Shown: piece after piece, positions 12,140 through 47,800 of the stretch
How positions within the stretch are numbered: the stretch's first letter is position 1
Layout: the number at the start of each line of letters is the position of its first letter
Origin: Hormiphora californensis
Taxonomy: Eukaryota; Animalia; Ctenophora
Assembly: GCA_020137815.1 (NCBI GenBank)
Contig: CM035357.1
Coordinates: forward strand, 7,998,001 to 8,062,000
DNA length: 64,000 bases
Direction of reading: 5' to 3'
Notes under the pieces: generated by a model
Databases searched by the model: none
What the model saw: only the letters and a program-made list of their open reading frames with translations
What the model was told of the DNA's origin: nothing
Program-made: the position numbers and the translations under genes

Positions 12140-12743
12140 TACTACGAAACTAGAGGGCTATACAGGCCAGTATAAGGACCCCGCAAACCTCTAGAGACTT
12201 ATAGGGGGCCCTAAAGAAGTTCCCTTCAGCAGTATATTTTTTTGTATTTTTTTGTATTTTTTTGTATTTTTTGTACGGAAAAAGCAGGGAATTTTGGTTA
12301 TTTTTTTGTACGGACCGTACAAAAAAATACAAAAAAATACAAAAAAATAGGTTGGTACCCCCCCTAGTGCACAAATGGTGCCTCATCGTGGTGAAGATGA
12401 ACGCGCACTATCGTTCGGCGATTTAACCTATTCTGGGGAAACCCAGTACCGTAAGACTGGTACAGTAGTACTAGTGCGCCTGCTGTTGGTGGTGACCTTC
12501 ATGCTCTTTATCGAAACAGTTCTCGTCTGTCGACTCGTATCTTCCAATGGAAGGGCACTACTAGGGGGTACCGGGGAAACCCGGCGCTACCTTGGTGGGG
12601 CCTGACCGGGAGATCGAGCACGGCGCTCTGGGCAGCCATGTGTGTTGGTGACCTGAGGAGAGAACTGTGAAATCTAGGGAACGCTGCTCCCCAACGACAG
12701 CAAGTGGGTGGAAGTACGGGAGGTACACGACACACACACACAC

Positions 12744-13086
12744 ACCCCCTCCCCTGAATTGTCTAGTGTAACAACTATCACCCCTGCCCCTGAATTGTCT
12801 AGTGTAACAACTATCACCCCTGCCCCTGAATTGTCTAGTGTAACAACTATCACCCCCTCCCCTTAATTGTCTAGTGTAACAACTATCACTGCACCCCTGC
12901 CCCTGAATTGTCTAGTGTAACAACTATCACCCCTGCCCCTGAATTGTCTAGTGTAACAACTATCACCCCTGCCCCTGAATTGTCTAGTGTAACAACTATC
13001 ACCCCCTCCCCTGAATTGTCTAGTGTAACAACTATCACCCCCTCCCCTGAATTGTCTAGTGTAACAACTATCACCCCCTCCCCCGC
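12744..13086. repeat. 36-bp minisatellite, second block (~9 copies)
   Basis: Same unit as 6098-6976. Confidence 0.97.
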
Positions 13087-13597
13087 AGTGGCTAGTGGCC
13101 TTGTTGATGTTCCTGAACTTGGTGTGGGTGCTGACCTCCTAACTGATACTACCTCCCTCTCCGAGATCGTGGCAATGATCGAGCAAATGGGCCTCTCCCA
13201 TATATTAGTTAGTGATGCTTTCTATTCTCCAACTAGGAAACAAAGCTAGTGAGAGAGGTGACGACTTGTAGATCTCTGACAGACACACACTGACAGACAC
13301 ACACTGACAGACACACGTCACACACTGACAGACAGTGGACAAACAATGACGTCACAGGAGGCCAACTTTACAGAAAACTGAATAAACTGTGCTCAAGAAA
13401 TAGAGCGCTGGTAAGCGCTGACAGTTTAAAGAATCTCTGTTCACAGGCGGAACGTTTCAGATCAATTCAAGTCTGAACACCGTATGGGGGATTACACTAG
13501 ATCCGAAATGGTGGACGTGATGTCAGCAATTATATGTCACTAGAACTATAAGAGTGTATCGTATAGTGTGAACTGTGACCCTTTCACTAGTGCGAGT

Positions 13598-14504
13598 GGG
13601 GGGGTAATCATGGTGACAAATGGTGACAAATGGTGACATATGGTGACTCATCTGACCATTTGGGGTATGTCACCATCACCATTTGTCACCATTTGTCTCC
13701 ATTTTTCACCATTTGTCTCCATTTGGCACCATTTGTCACCATTTTTTGACGAAATTTGCGGATTTCGGGAGGATTTCTAAAAATTTTCTAACATTTATTG
13801 ATTTCCTTCCAATATATGTCGATGTTACCCTAATTATGAGTAAATATCCCTATTCAAAAATAAATTAGTGCTAAAATCCTAAATTTAGGATTTTTAGGTT
13901 TTTTTAAGGTTTTTTTGCTTCAGAAACAACCTAGAACAAAATAAATACAACCATCTTTCTCGGCGTGAAATTCTGCTTCGATTATAGTGGCTATAAACCT
14001 ATCTATGACGTAAAGTTCAGAAGTTACCCTAAAAAATCCCAAAAGGGTACATCTTTTAGGCTACCGGGCGAAGCTTGTTATGTTCTAACCCTCCGCCCGA
14101 AACACAGTCTAGCTAGGCAAGGCGAAGCTATTGTCAGAACACCATGTTATAGGTACTCGTATTGATGAGAAAATCATTTTAGTGAACTCTATTTTGATCT
14201 GCGATATCTGTGTAACGAATAAAACCCACGTTGAGGGTGTGCCTCTCTTGCGCAACACATAAAATGGCAATTAACTATTTACGACCCCTTAATTACATTG
14301 AATCGACTTGAAACTTCATATTTCGTCATCATCCACTGGTAGAAGTGCTCTAGTTTGCTTATAATTGCCATAAAATATCATATTATGCCTCTAGGAAGCT
14401 CTAGAAAAAATGGTGACAAATGGTGACTCATCTCGAAAATTTGGTCATGTCACCATCACCATTTGTCACCATTTGTCTCCATTTGTCACCATGATTACCC
14501 CCCC
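13598..14504. mobile_element. Non-autonomous DNA element, G-run termini, 8-bp TSD GTGCGAGT
   Basis: GTGCGAGT at 13590-13597 and 14505-14512; TIR gggggggtaatcatggtgacaaatgg; (tggtgacaaa)n arrays. Confidence 0.93.
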
Positions 14505-14803
14505 GTGCGAGTTGTATTGTAAGAGTTTATCAAGACAGCCCTTCAACATGTGATACCGTTTAATTTATTACCTTCTACTTTTCTATATATCTCAAACTTT
14601 TATGAAACAAGATTGTGTTTTGCTTTCGAGTCTTCCAGACTCTTGTTACGAATTGAAACTGCTCAGATTTCCCAAAATTTTGGACCCAAATATCATTCCT
14701 AATCCCCTCGGCCCTCTCCCTCACCCTCCCTCTCCTTCTCCCCTCCCTCACCCTCCCTTACAGCTCTCCCTCACCCTCCCTCACTCTCCCCTCTCACTGT
14801 AGG

Positions 14804-17617
14804 ATGGGATTGCTGCTCAATCTCACGACAGCTGAAGCAGTAACAAAAACTGAGAAACCAGCATCAACAACAGTCAGTAAACCAGCAAAACGGAAGAAGC
14901 CTACAAAACCAGCTTTCTCAGATGGTCCTATAACACCCTCATCTGGTACTCAGAATAGTGGAGGTGGTGGTAGTTCCAATCTATCATCCTCTCTTTTTAC
15001 TGGAAATCCAACGATCCCTGAACTTCCAAACACCGCTCCAGAGTTGGAGCCAGTCCAAGTTTTTGAAACAAGTTCCTTTGATAGCCTGGACATCAGTGGA
15101 AATATTAAGGGTAACCTAGCAACAGAATTCAAATGTCCCACAATGACACGAGTTCAGCACGAGGCAATACCAAGGATACTATCCAGACGAGATGTCCAAG
15201 TTAAATCACCCACTGGATCTGGTAAAACCCTGGCCTATGCCATACCAGTACTCCACAGACTACAAGCACTGACACCTGCAATAACCAGGGCTGATGGCCT
15301 ATACGCTGTGGTTGTTCTACCTACAAGAGAGTTGGTGCTGCAGACGTATGGGGTATTTAGTAAACTGTGTAGGGCCCACGTTAGAGTAGTGCCAGGAATG
15401 TTGATGGGTGGGGAGAAGAAGAAGAGCGAGAAAGCACGACTGAGGAAGGGTGTTAACATTCTCATCAGCACACCCGGTAATTGCTCTTTGTTAACTATCT
15501 CTGTGTTAACACCCCCCCGTGTTAACTATCTCCACGCTAACACCCCCACGTTATCTACCATGTGTATGTTAACCCCCCCCCCCCCGCGTTATCTACCATG
15601 TTAACATCCCCCTCACATTCAGGCAGGTTAGCTGACCATCTCAGCAGTACAAGTTGTCTAAGTTTAGAACGGACCCAGATGCTGGTACTAGATGAATGTG
15701 ATAAACTGATAGAGATGGGTTTCATGAAGGATATCAGACAAATTGTAAACAAATGCAGGGAAGGTAAATCAAAACACAGGTCATCAGGAATCGGTAATTT
15801 TAGACATACCGGCCTCTTAATTCAGCCCTGCTAAAGTTCTGAACCGACCCTTCTCTCTCCCAGGGAAGGCTATTCGACCCCAGACAATCCTCCTCTCTGC
15901 AACAATAACGTCTGGTGTTGAAGATCTTTCTGAGCTATCCCTGGTAGATCCTGAGATGGTAGATACTGGATCTGATACCGTTACCTACAGTATACCTGAT
16001 ACTTTAGCACAACATTTCATGATCCTACCCACCAAGCTAAGGCTGGTTTCATTGCTTAGCTTCCTCGCTGAGAAGAGAACCAAAAAAGTGATAGTGTTTG
16101 TGTCGTGTAAAGACAGCGTCGAGTTCCATTATCAAATCACATCTGCCGGTAAGAGGTTGGGATTATTATAAGCGCTGTCTTTTGGAGAGGGCTTGGAAAT
16201 GGCATGGAATGGGGGAGTAGTTGTTGGGTTAAAATGGAGACATTGCGCCCCCAATCCCCATTGGGTATGATATCCCCTCTTTTCTCTCCCTCCTGCACTG
16301 TCCTCTCACGATATCGTGCGTGCTACTTCTAGTTAGGGATGGGGGCGAACTCATTCTCTCCTACCCCCTTCCCAAAAAGAGAGGGGAGATTGCACCCAAC
16401 ACCCTCCCAATATCTCTTTCTCAGTGTTTACAAGGTATTTTGGCGAGGAGAAGTTCACCCTTTTAAAACTGCATGGAAGTATGGAGCAGAGTGAGAGGGT
16501 CCCTGTTTACAACAAGTTTAATGGCTGCTCTGCTGGAATTCTCTTCACAACAGATGTCGCCGCAAGGGGCCTCGATTTACCGGTAATTAAGATTTGTGTG
16601 TCTTGTCATCCGCTGTTGTAAAGAAGGAGAGTCGTTCTTGGTCCGCACTATTCCTGATCTATATCTCACCACTAATAGCATTACAACCCACTGCCAGGAA
16701 GTATCATGGATTGTGCAGTATGACGGGGCTGCCTCAGTGAAAGACTATGTTCATCGTGTAGGGAGGACTGCTAGGGCAGGTACTGCTGGGAAGGCCCTTC
16801 TTTTCTTACACCCTAGTGAGGAAGGATACGTAGAGATCCTCAGAGGGGAACAAATAAAGATAAAACAAGCGAAACATGAGAGATGTATGAAGAAATTGTG
16901 TGAGGTTAGTTGATACTTTTCAACTTCTGACATCTGTGATCTGTCTCGTTCATCACATTAATTACACCATTTCCCCAGTTTACGGAATCTAAAAGACCTG
17001 AGAATGCTGCCTCAGAGGTCCAGAGATTTGTAGAGAACCACTGTAAGGAACGTGAAGCGAAGGGTGTCTCGATCAGAGGTACCTTATTTTGATTTTAGTC
17101 ATGGAAGCGAGAATTCCTCCCCCACAAGTGTTCGAATGTTCTCGCACCGCCTTTTTGCCACCGGTCACGCTTTGAATCCCCAATGCCTGGAACGCGCGAA
17201 TCTCTATTTGTGGGACTGGGCGCGCGAAGAAAGCGCGTTACACATTGCGTGGGAAAATTCGCCCCCTTTCAGCGCTAAGACAACCTCTCTAATTATACCA
17301 CTTTTTCAGGTTTTCAATCATACGTGCGGAGCTACAAGACGTCATTCATGAAGGACAAATTCGCTGATTTGCATCTTGGGCATGTTGCCAAGACTTTCGG
17401 TTTAACAGAAGCTCCCTCTGCATTCCTCCACAAAAACCTTACAAGAAAGAAACAGGTTGAAGCGAGGAAGGAACATCTGTTTGAGAGAACGGAAAAGAAA
17501 CATCCAGGGGAAGGAGAGAAGAAGAAGAAGACAAAGAGAAAGTTGAATTTAGTGAGTGATAATGACATGGCAGGACTAGCAGTGTTAGCTGGTCCAAGAA
17601 CCAAGAAGGCAAAGTAG
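14804..17617 (+). CDS. DDX31: DEAD-box RNA helicase DDX31/Dbp7 (multi-exon)
   Basis: Q motif MTRVQ, SPTGSGKT, PTREL, the DDX31-typical GGEKKKSEKARLRKGVNILISTPG|RL, DECD, SAT, TDVAARGLD, YVHRVGRTAR and C-terminal LHLGHVAKTFGL. Confidence 0.95.
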
Positions 17618-18127
17618 GGCTGCTGTTTTTTTAAAAGAGGGACACTTTGAATTGTTTTATCCGTTTAAAAGTAGTAGGGTGGAGTAGTGTGTGTAATGTA
17701 AACCCTGTTTTAACGACCGTTTAATTTATTTCCAGGACAAACTAACCAAATTTGTCCATCCTGAATGAACAGCCTTTTGTTATCTCACGGGCACTGGAAA
17801 CATGTAGCTCCTCCACTGGAAAGAAACAACTTTCTAGCAATACCAAGCTCACACCAGGCCGCATACTAGTAGTAGCAATACCATGAAACACACATCTAAA
17901 TGTAAAAGATAAAAGGTTTATACACAATTTCTACACGATAAAATGTTGTTCACATACGCTGACACACACACACACATAACTAAATGAAGGTTATAATTTC
18001 TGAATATGTTTCTTTATCACTATTTCTCCTGTACAATATCCCATCTTTTACATGCACGAAATAGAGGGTATCCCGTGTCAGAATCTTTACTGTCGGGCGA
18101 ATATTGTCTCTATGTCACTCGCTCCCT

Positions 18128-41928
<23,801 letters not shown>

Positions 41929-42539
41929 TTCTGAAAAAAAGGTAATGGTCAGACAAAGCACACCAAGATGGGTTGCGGATACCACATGTTAATATTACCT
42001 CTATTTTGGATTGCTATGTGATTACCGGAGTGGCGTTTCAAAACGACACTGTCTGGAACCTCAATATACAAAGGATCTTCTACAACAAAACATTGCGATC
42101 CCATCACATCCTTAAATCAATATCATTATTATTAATTAATAATTCTATAATATAACATTCCAAAAAATCGATAATGAGCATTTCCTGAACACTTTCGAAA
42201 ATGCTCATTTATCAGTAATTTAAATCGAAATTAAGATAGAGTTAAATTGGCAAACCCAAATTAATGGACAACCCAAGGGGGGAGACACACTGAAGTTGAG
42301 CGCACCCGTCCAAATCTCAACCTCGCGACACACACTGAAGTTCGAAGTTTCGCGGAAAAGTTCGAAGTTTCGCGAAAACCCGGTTTCGGCTGAGAAATCA
42401 TTTGTAAGATGCTAACTTATTTACTGGTACATCTATCGAGGTGTCCTTTATCCATACCGAGTCAACTTCACCGTTTTTATTTTTTTTGTCAATTGGGACA
42501 ACTGTGAGCGTAACATTCCTTGTGCCTGTCACAGACCTT

Positions 42540-42860
42540 CCTGGCCGCTCACTCCAAAACTTTCCCTAATTCTCCGGCAAAACCTCCCGATGTGGAGATT
42601 GGAGAATACGAGAGGCGTGAAAGAACCCTGCTCCACTTCTTGCACCCTTCGCATATATCCAAGTTTCTTTTGATTTTGATGCTGTATATACAGGTTCGTA
42701 CTTCGTGATGGGCACCTTCAGGTAGGATGGGGGCTGGGGCATTTGGATGGAAAACCCGTACATCCATGAAACTGGCCTGCATGTCAGACCACAAGCCACG
42801 ACACTCGACAGACTATGTCCATTCGTGCTTCAGCTTTGATATTTGCAGGTTGAATCCGTC
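42540..42860 (-). mobile_element. Fragment of an RLE-type (CRE-like) non-LTR retrotransposon
   Basis: LWSDMQASFMDVRVFHPNAP and SPISTSGGF are homologous to 56031-56850. Confidence 0.75.
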
Positions 42861-43108
42861 ACAGGGCAACATTGGCTGTTCAGTTGGCAAATGCTGCTGG
42901 CCCCCGATAAGGCAGCGCTTTTCAAGCTGTTCAGTTGAAAAAAACAGTTTTTTTTACTCTAAACTTTTTATTTTGCATGATACAATTAAATGGCAACATA
43001 CAATACGCGCGCATAGTTTTAGAACGCGCCGCGCGCATACTTTGCGCGTTCAAATTTTAATGACGTCATCATCATTATAATTATTTGTAGTTATTAGTTA
43101 TAAAACAA

Positions 43109-44291
43109 GGGGGGGGGGGGTGACACGTAACACTTTGTAACACTTTGTAACATGTAACGTGCACAAAAAGTTTTCTGCACATGTTACAAAGTGTTACATA
43201 GTGTTACAAAGTGTTACATAATGTTACAAAGTGTTACATAGTGTTACAAAGTGTTACATAGTATTACAAAGTGTTACATAGTGTTACAAAGTGTTACATA
43301 GTGTTACAAAGTGTTACATAGTGTTACAAAGTGTTACATAGTGTTACAAAGTGTTACATAGTGTTACAAAGTGTTACATAGTGTTACAAAGTGTTACATA
43401 GTGTTACAAAGTGTTACATAGTGTTACAAAGTGTTACATAGTGTTACAAAGTGTCACAAAGTGTTACAAATTGTTACAAAGTGTTACAAATTGTTACAAA
43501 ATATTTACAAAATATATAAGACGGTTGGTGAATAAGTAATTTGAACGACTTTGGTGTCTTTCTAGAACACATCTAAAAGTTTTAAATCATTTCCAGGGTT
43601 AAAACATACACTTTTTTACTAATTTGCGGATGTTTTGAGCCTCCGATGTCATCGACTGTGGAAATCAGGGCTGAAATAGTCCATTTGGTAAAGAAAAATA
43701 TGAACTTTAGACAACGGTAAAGTTTTTAGAGTGATATTAAAAATATTGTGCCTCTCAGAGGCAGCCAATGTGCTGAGTCACCTGTGAGTTGTGACCCAAT
43801 CGTTAACACACGTTTTTTTTTCATTGGTAATCGATTCTTTGTACTTAATAAGATGATATACAACGTTTCTGTTGGAAAAAGAAATAAAATTTTTCCAAAA
43901 TCAATTTTTTGGTCAAAGATTGAAAATTTGCTTCGCTACAAATCCTTGTGTGTTTGTGAATATTTCGTAACAATTTGTAACACTTTGTAACAATTTGTAA
44001 CACTTTGTGACACTATGTAACACTTTGTAACACTATGTAACACTTTGTGACACTTTGTAACACTGTGTAACACTTTGTAACACTTTGTAACACTTTGTAA
44101 CACTTTGTAACACTATGTAACACTTTGTAACACTATGTAACACTTTGTAACACTATGTAACACTTTGTAACACTTTGTAACACTTTGTAACACTATGTAA
44201 CACTATGTAACACTTTGTAACATGTAACGTGCACAAAAAGTTTTCTGCACATGTTACAAAGTGTTACAAAGTGTTACGTGTCACCCCCCCC
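43109..44291. mobile_element. Non-autonomous DNA element, G-run termini, long (gtgttacaaa)n arrays
   Basis: TIR ggggggggtgacacgtaacactttgtaac; AAAACAA on both flanks (7 of 8 TSD positions match). Confidence 0.92.
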
Positions 44292-44839
44292 AAAACAAAT
44301 AGAACAACTTTTTAAGGTGTTATCAAAGTAATCAAAAGATGTATAATATGCGAATATTATAGCATGTTCCCCCTCTCTCTCCGTCGTCTCACACACACAC
44401 ATACACACACACACTCTCGCTATTCCACATAAACAATATCTCTCTCCATCCAGTATACTGCAGTATCATATCTCACATCCTAGCGTTATTACAAACAAAA
44501 TCACTATTCTGCAAATAAATAACTAAATGTCAATAGATAATCCCTGTCCCATAACAGTTACAGCACAAGAGGGGAATACTGTCAGAGCATTGGCCTGACC
44601 CTATTCTCGGAGCGTGCGAAAACTGTGGCCAGAGCATTGACCCGCTATGACAGGGGGATAGATACAGCAACAAAACACACAAAATTTGTCCGAAAGCAAA
44701 AAGCACATTATATATCCCTCAATATTGTTATTTAACTCAAATTAAGCAATTACTCAAGCAATCCCGACCGAGCTCACCTTACGGGATCTTATCATCTCAC
44801 AGTATACCCAGTACTTCAAAATATATAACTAAATCTAAT

Positions 44840-47800
44840 CTATTTCCATTTCTTGTTCAATGCTTTATTGTCCGCCATGGCATGGGTGAATATCGTAGCG
44901 AGACACAGCCCCACCAGTACCAAACCAATAAAGTTGTAATCGAAAGTCCTCGTTGAGCATATCAAACGTCTTGGCAGGTGTGACCTGGTGGTAAATTAGA
45001 AAATCTGTCAGTTATCAAACCAGGCTTGCATATGGAGAAGGGTGGAGGGAGATACACAAGGGTCCCTTGTACAACAAGAGAGGGGGTAGCAATGGTAACA
45101 AGGGGGGGGGAGGGTCACACTGTGATTTGAACACGACACTGTTGCTTGAAAAACACACAGAAGCTACAGAATAGTGTGTATTGTTTTCTTACCCTTGTAA
45201 AGAATAGATCAGTCCCATAAGAGAAGAGAATGGAGGTAGATTCTAGTCCAGTTACACCAGTTGTCATTCCTCGTATATCCATCAACTGAAATTTCGAGGA
45301 GTTAATTTAATATAAGAATCACCTTCTCTCTCAGTTTCTACCACAAAAGTCTCCTCTGACACAAAGGTTGGTAACACCATTAAATATATCTTTATTTTCC
45401 TCTCCGTTATGACTTATGTATCTCGTCATATTGCATACATAATGATGTCAGCATATCTCGTACTTCCGCAAGTCATTTTATTTTAGTTTGTTTGTTACAT
45501 TAATTGTTTTTGCGTAATTGGTTGATATTTTTTCGTAGCATCCTACATTACAACATAGCACCATAGCAAAGTATACCGTATACCGTCATGATGTCTTTTG
45601 CATATCGTGCATATTGTGCATACAGATTCAAACCTGTTAGCACAATTACTATGTATTGGATCATAGTAATACATAGTTATAGAAAACTTCGTTTAGTTAG
45701 AGTTAGTTATCCAATAATTATTCGTTAGTTTCTTGTTAGATATTTCAGCTTTATTTGAAGCCTCCAAAGTAGAATCCTTTACATAAAATGATCATATCAT
45801 TTGTTGAGTAACATATTAAGGGACTTTTTGCGGCATCACTGGATCCATGGAACGAGTAAGCCACAAACTTTTTTACTAACATTCATTTTTATCAATTAGT
45901 TATGTTTTGGCTGGTTCTATTTACAACCGCCCTCCTCTTCTCTGTGAGTTCGGCAGGTGAGAAAACAGGTGTTCCTGCAGAAGGAGATACACCTATCATG
46001 GAGTTCAGTGATGCATCCTTCCAGGAAGTTGCCAACGGTGAGTTTTATGAAGGAGCATGCAGATTGCAGCCAGGTTATAGTTATGAAGGAGTAACCCAGC
46101 CGCCAGAACCTTTGTAAACTCCATATTTTTCAGATGTAAACATTGATTTTGGAGAGGCCCCTGAAGTTGAAATCGATCTAACCAACAAATGAGCCAATAA
46201 ATATAACCGACTGAATATATGATAACCTAGCTCTTACTCTTAGGATATGTAAAGTGACAGCTGGACTGTAAAATTGTTCTTCTTTACAACATCAAATATG
46301 TATATTTATAATTTTGAAATATGTCTGGATATATGTCTAATGATTCAAATAAGTTTATCAAATGAATGATGAATTTTGTTTCTTAACAAACTAGCTAATC
46401 CATGTTGTTTACTATATAAGTCAAACTTAGCGGTATCCCCTTTTATCATACTCGGCTTTGACTGCCTTTTTATAGCACACCACAAACCAGGAAACGAATA
46501 CTGAATCAATGAGAGAGAGAAAGAGAGATAGATAGACAGATAGTGAGTGAAAGTTGTCAGTTGTTTCTGTGTATCTTGAGATATGTGGTACAGTGACGCA
46601 ACTTCTTTCTAGTTCACGGTTAATTGCTTTTGGTTCACTTTTTCTGACCGATATTTCACATACAATCATTACTTGATCGACAGCTGAATACTCATTACTT
46701 ACCATTACATTTGAAGTGTGAACTGTGTGGCTGCTTTTCTTGACATTATATAATGATTTATTGCCAAATTGCCACTGGCAGTGTTGATTGGTTGATTGAT
46801 TGTAAAGTTTGTATTAATGTTACAGTAACTACTGTGTAGGGATTATGTTTATCCTCCTCATTGTCACAACCCTTCTCTCTGTGACAGCAGCGGAGAAGTC
46901 AGCTGCAACTCAGGACTCCCCCATAATGGAGATGACGGAGGCTGCCTTCGAGGATATTGCTGGAGATATACAATTTGATGCGGCCAGTGCCGTCCCAGAT
47001 TTAGAAATCGAACTGGGCAAGATCTGTACTGAGAAGTGATTTGTTTATCGAGCACTTGTCTAATAATGTGGCTGGGGGGCATGCTCGGTATGTAATAGCT
47101 GCCAGGGAAAAAGAATTTATGAGTTGGACGTTTTTATATTTAGTTTTGTTGCTGGTCAAAAATGTTAACAAAATAATTCTTTGGAATGGCTATGAAGTGA
47201 ATGGTTGGAATTGTTATCAAGTGACAGAAAATTGTGCACTAAGCACATTGTTATGGGATCCCATTATGTCTATCTTGTACAGTTATTATTAACCTTTTAC
47301 TAATGAATATATCTATGAAGTTAGTACCTGCCATACATTCCAACACAGCTTGTCCCTTCCCTTTTGAGACCTAACAACTGCACATTTCATAATCTCCTCC
47401 AAAGCAACTTCATTTCACTTACTGTTTTGTTAAAGGTCAGGTAGGAAATGGGCGGTACAACTATTTGAGGGGAGTAGGGAAGTAGACCCTCCATCTTGTC
47501 TGCAGCTGTTGGTTTAGCGGGTCGTCGGGGGTCAAGAAGAGCCTTTGGAACCACTGCTATCCTCCCACCCGTCTCAGCAACTAGAAAAAAGTATTGGGTT
47601 GTGATGTTACACTGAAAGGATTGATAACTCAAAGAAGATTACCCCTCTACCCCTGTTTAACTCAAAGAAGATTACCCCTCTACCCCTGGTTAACTCAAAG
47701 AAAATTACCCCTCTACCCCTGGTTAACTCAAAGAAGATTACCCCTCTACCCCTGTTTAACTCAAAGAAGATTACTCCTCTACCCCTGTCTAACTCAAAGA

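Larger units (their letters stand above)
10435..12364. mobile_element. Non-autonomous DNA element, G-run termini, 8-bp TSD TAGTGCAC
   Basis: TAGTGCAC at 10427-10434 and 12365-12372; ends gggggggtatcaacc / ggttggtaccccccc; subterminal (aaaatacaaa)n arrays. Confidence 0.92.
7530..12743 (+). mobile_element. Degenerate 5'-truncated non-LTR retrotransposon with RNase H domain (I/R1-like), interrupted by two DNA elements
   Basis: End of RT (YLGITLD ~7787); RNase H motifs AYTDGSR, NQAELLAI, IHTDS and EGNERADQIAK spread over stops and frameshifts; ORF tail LRKLTNVVTKSGLFK* at ~10040-10101; long 3' UTR ending in (CA)n at ~12730-12744. Confidence 0.8.

Noticed and set aside
12652-12690. Hammerhead core CTGAGGA...GAAA
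   Set aside because: No stem II or flanking stems can be formed.
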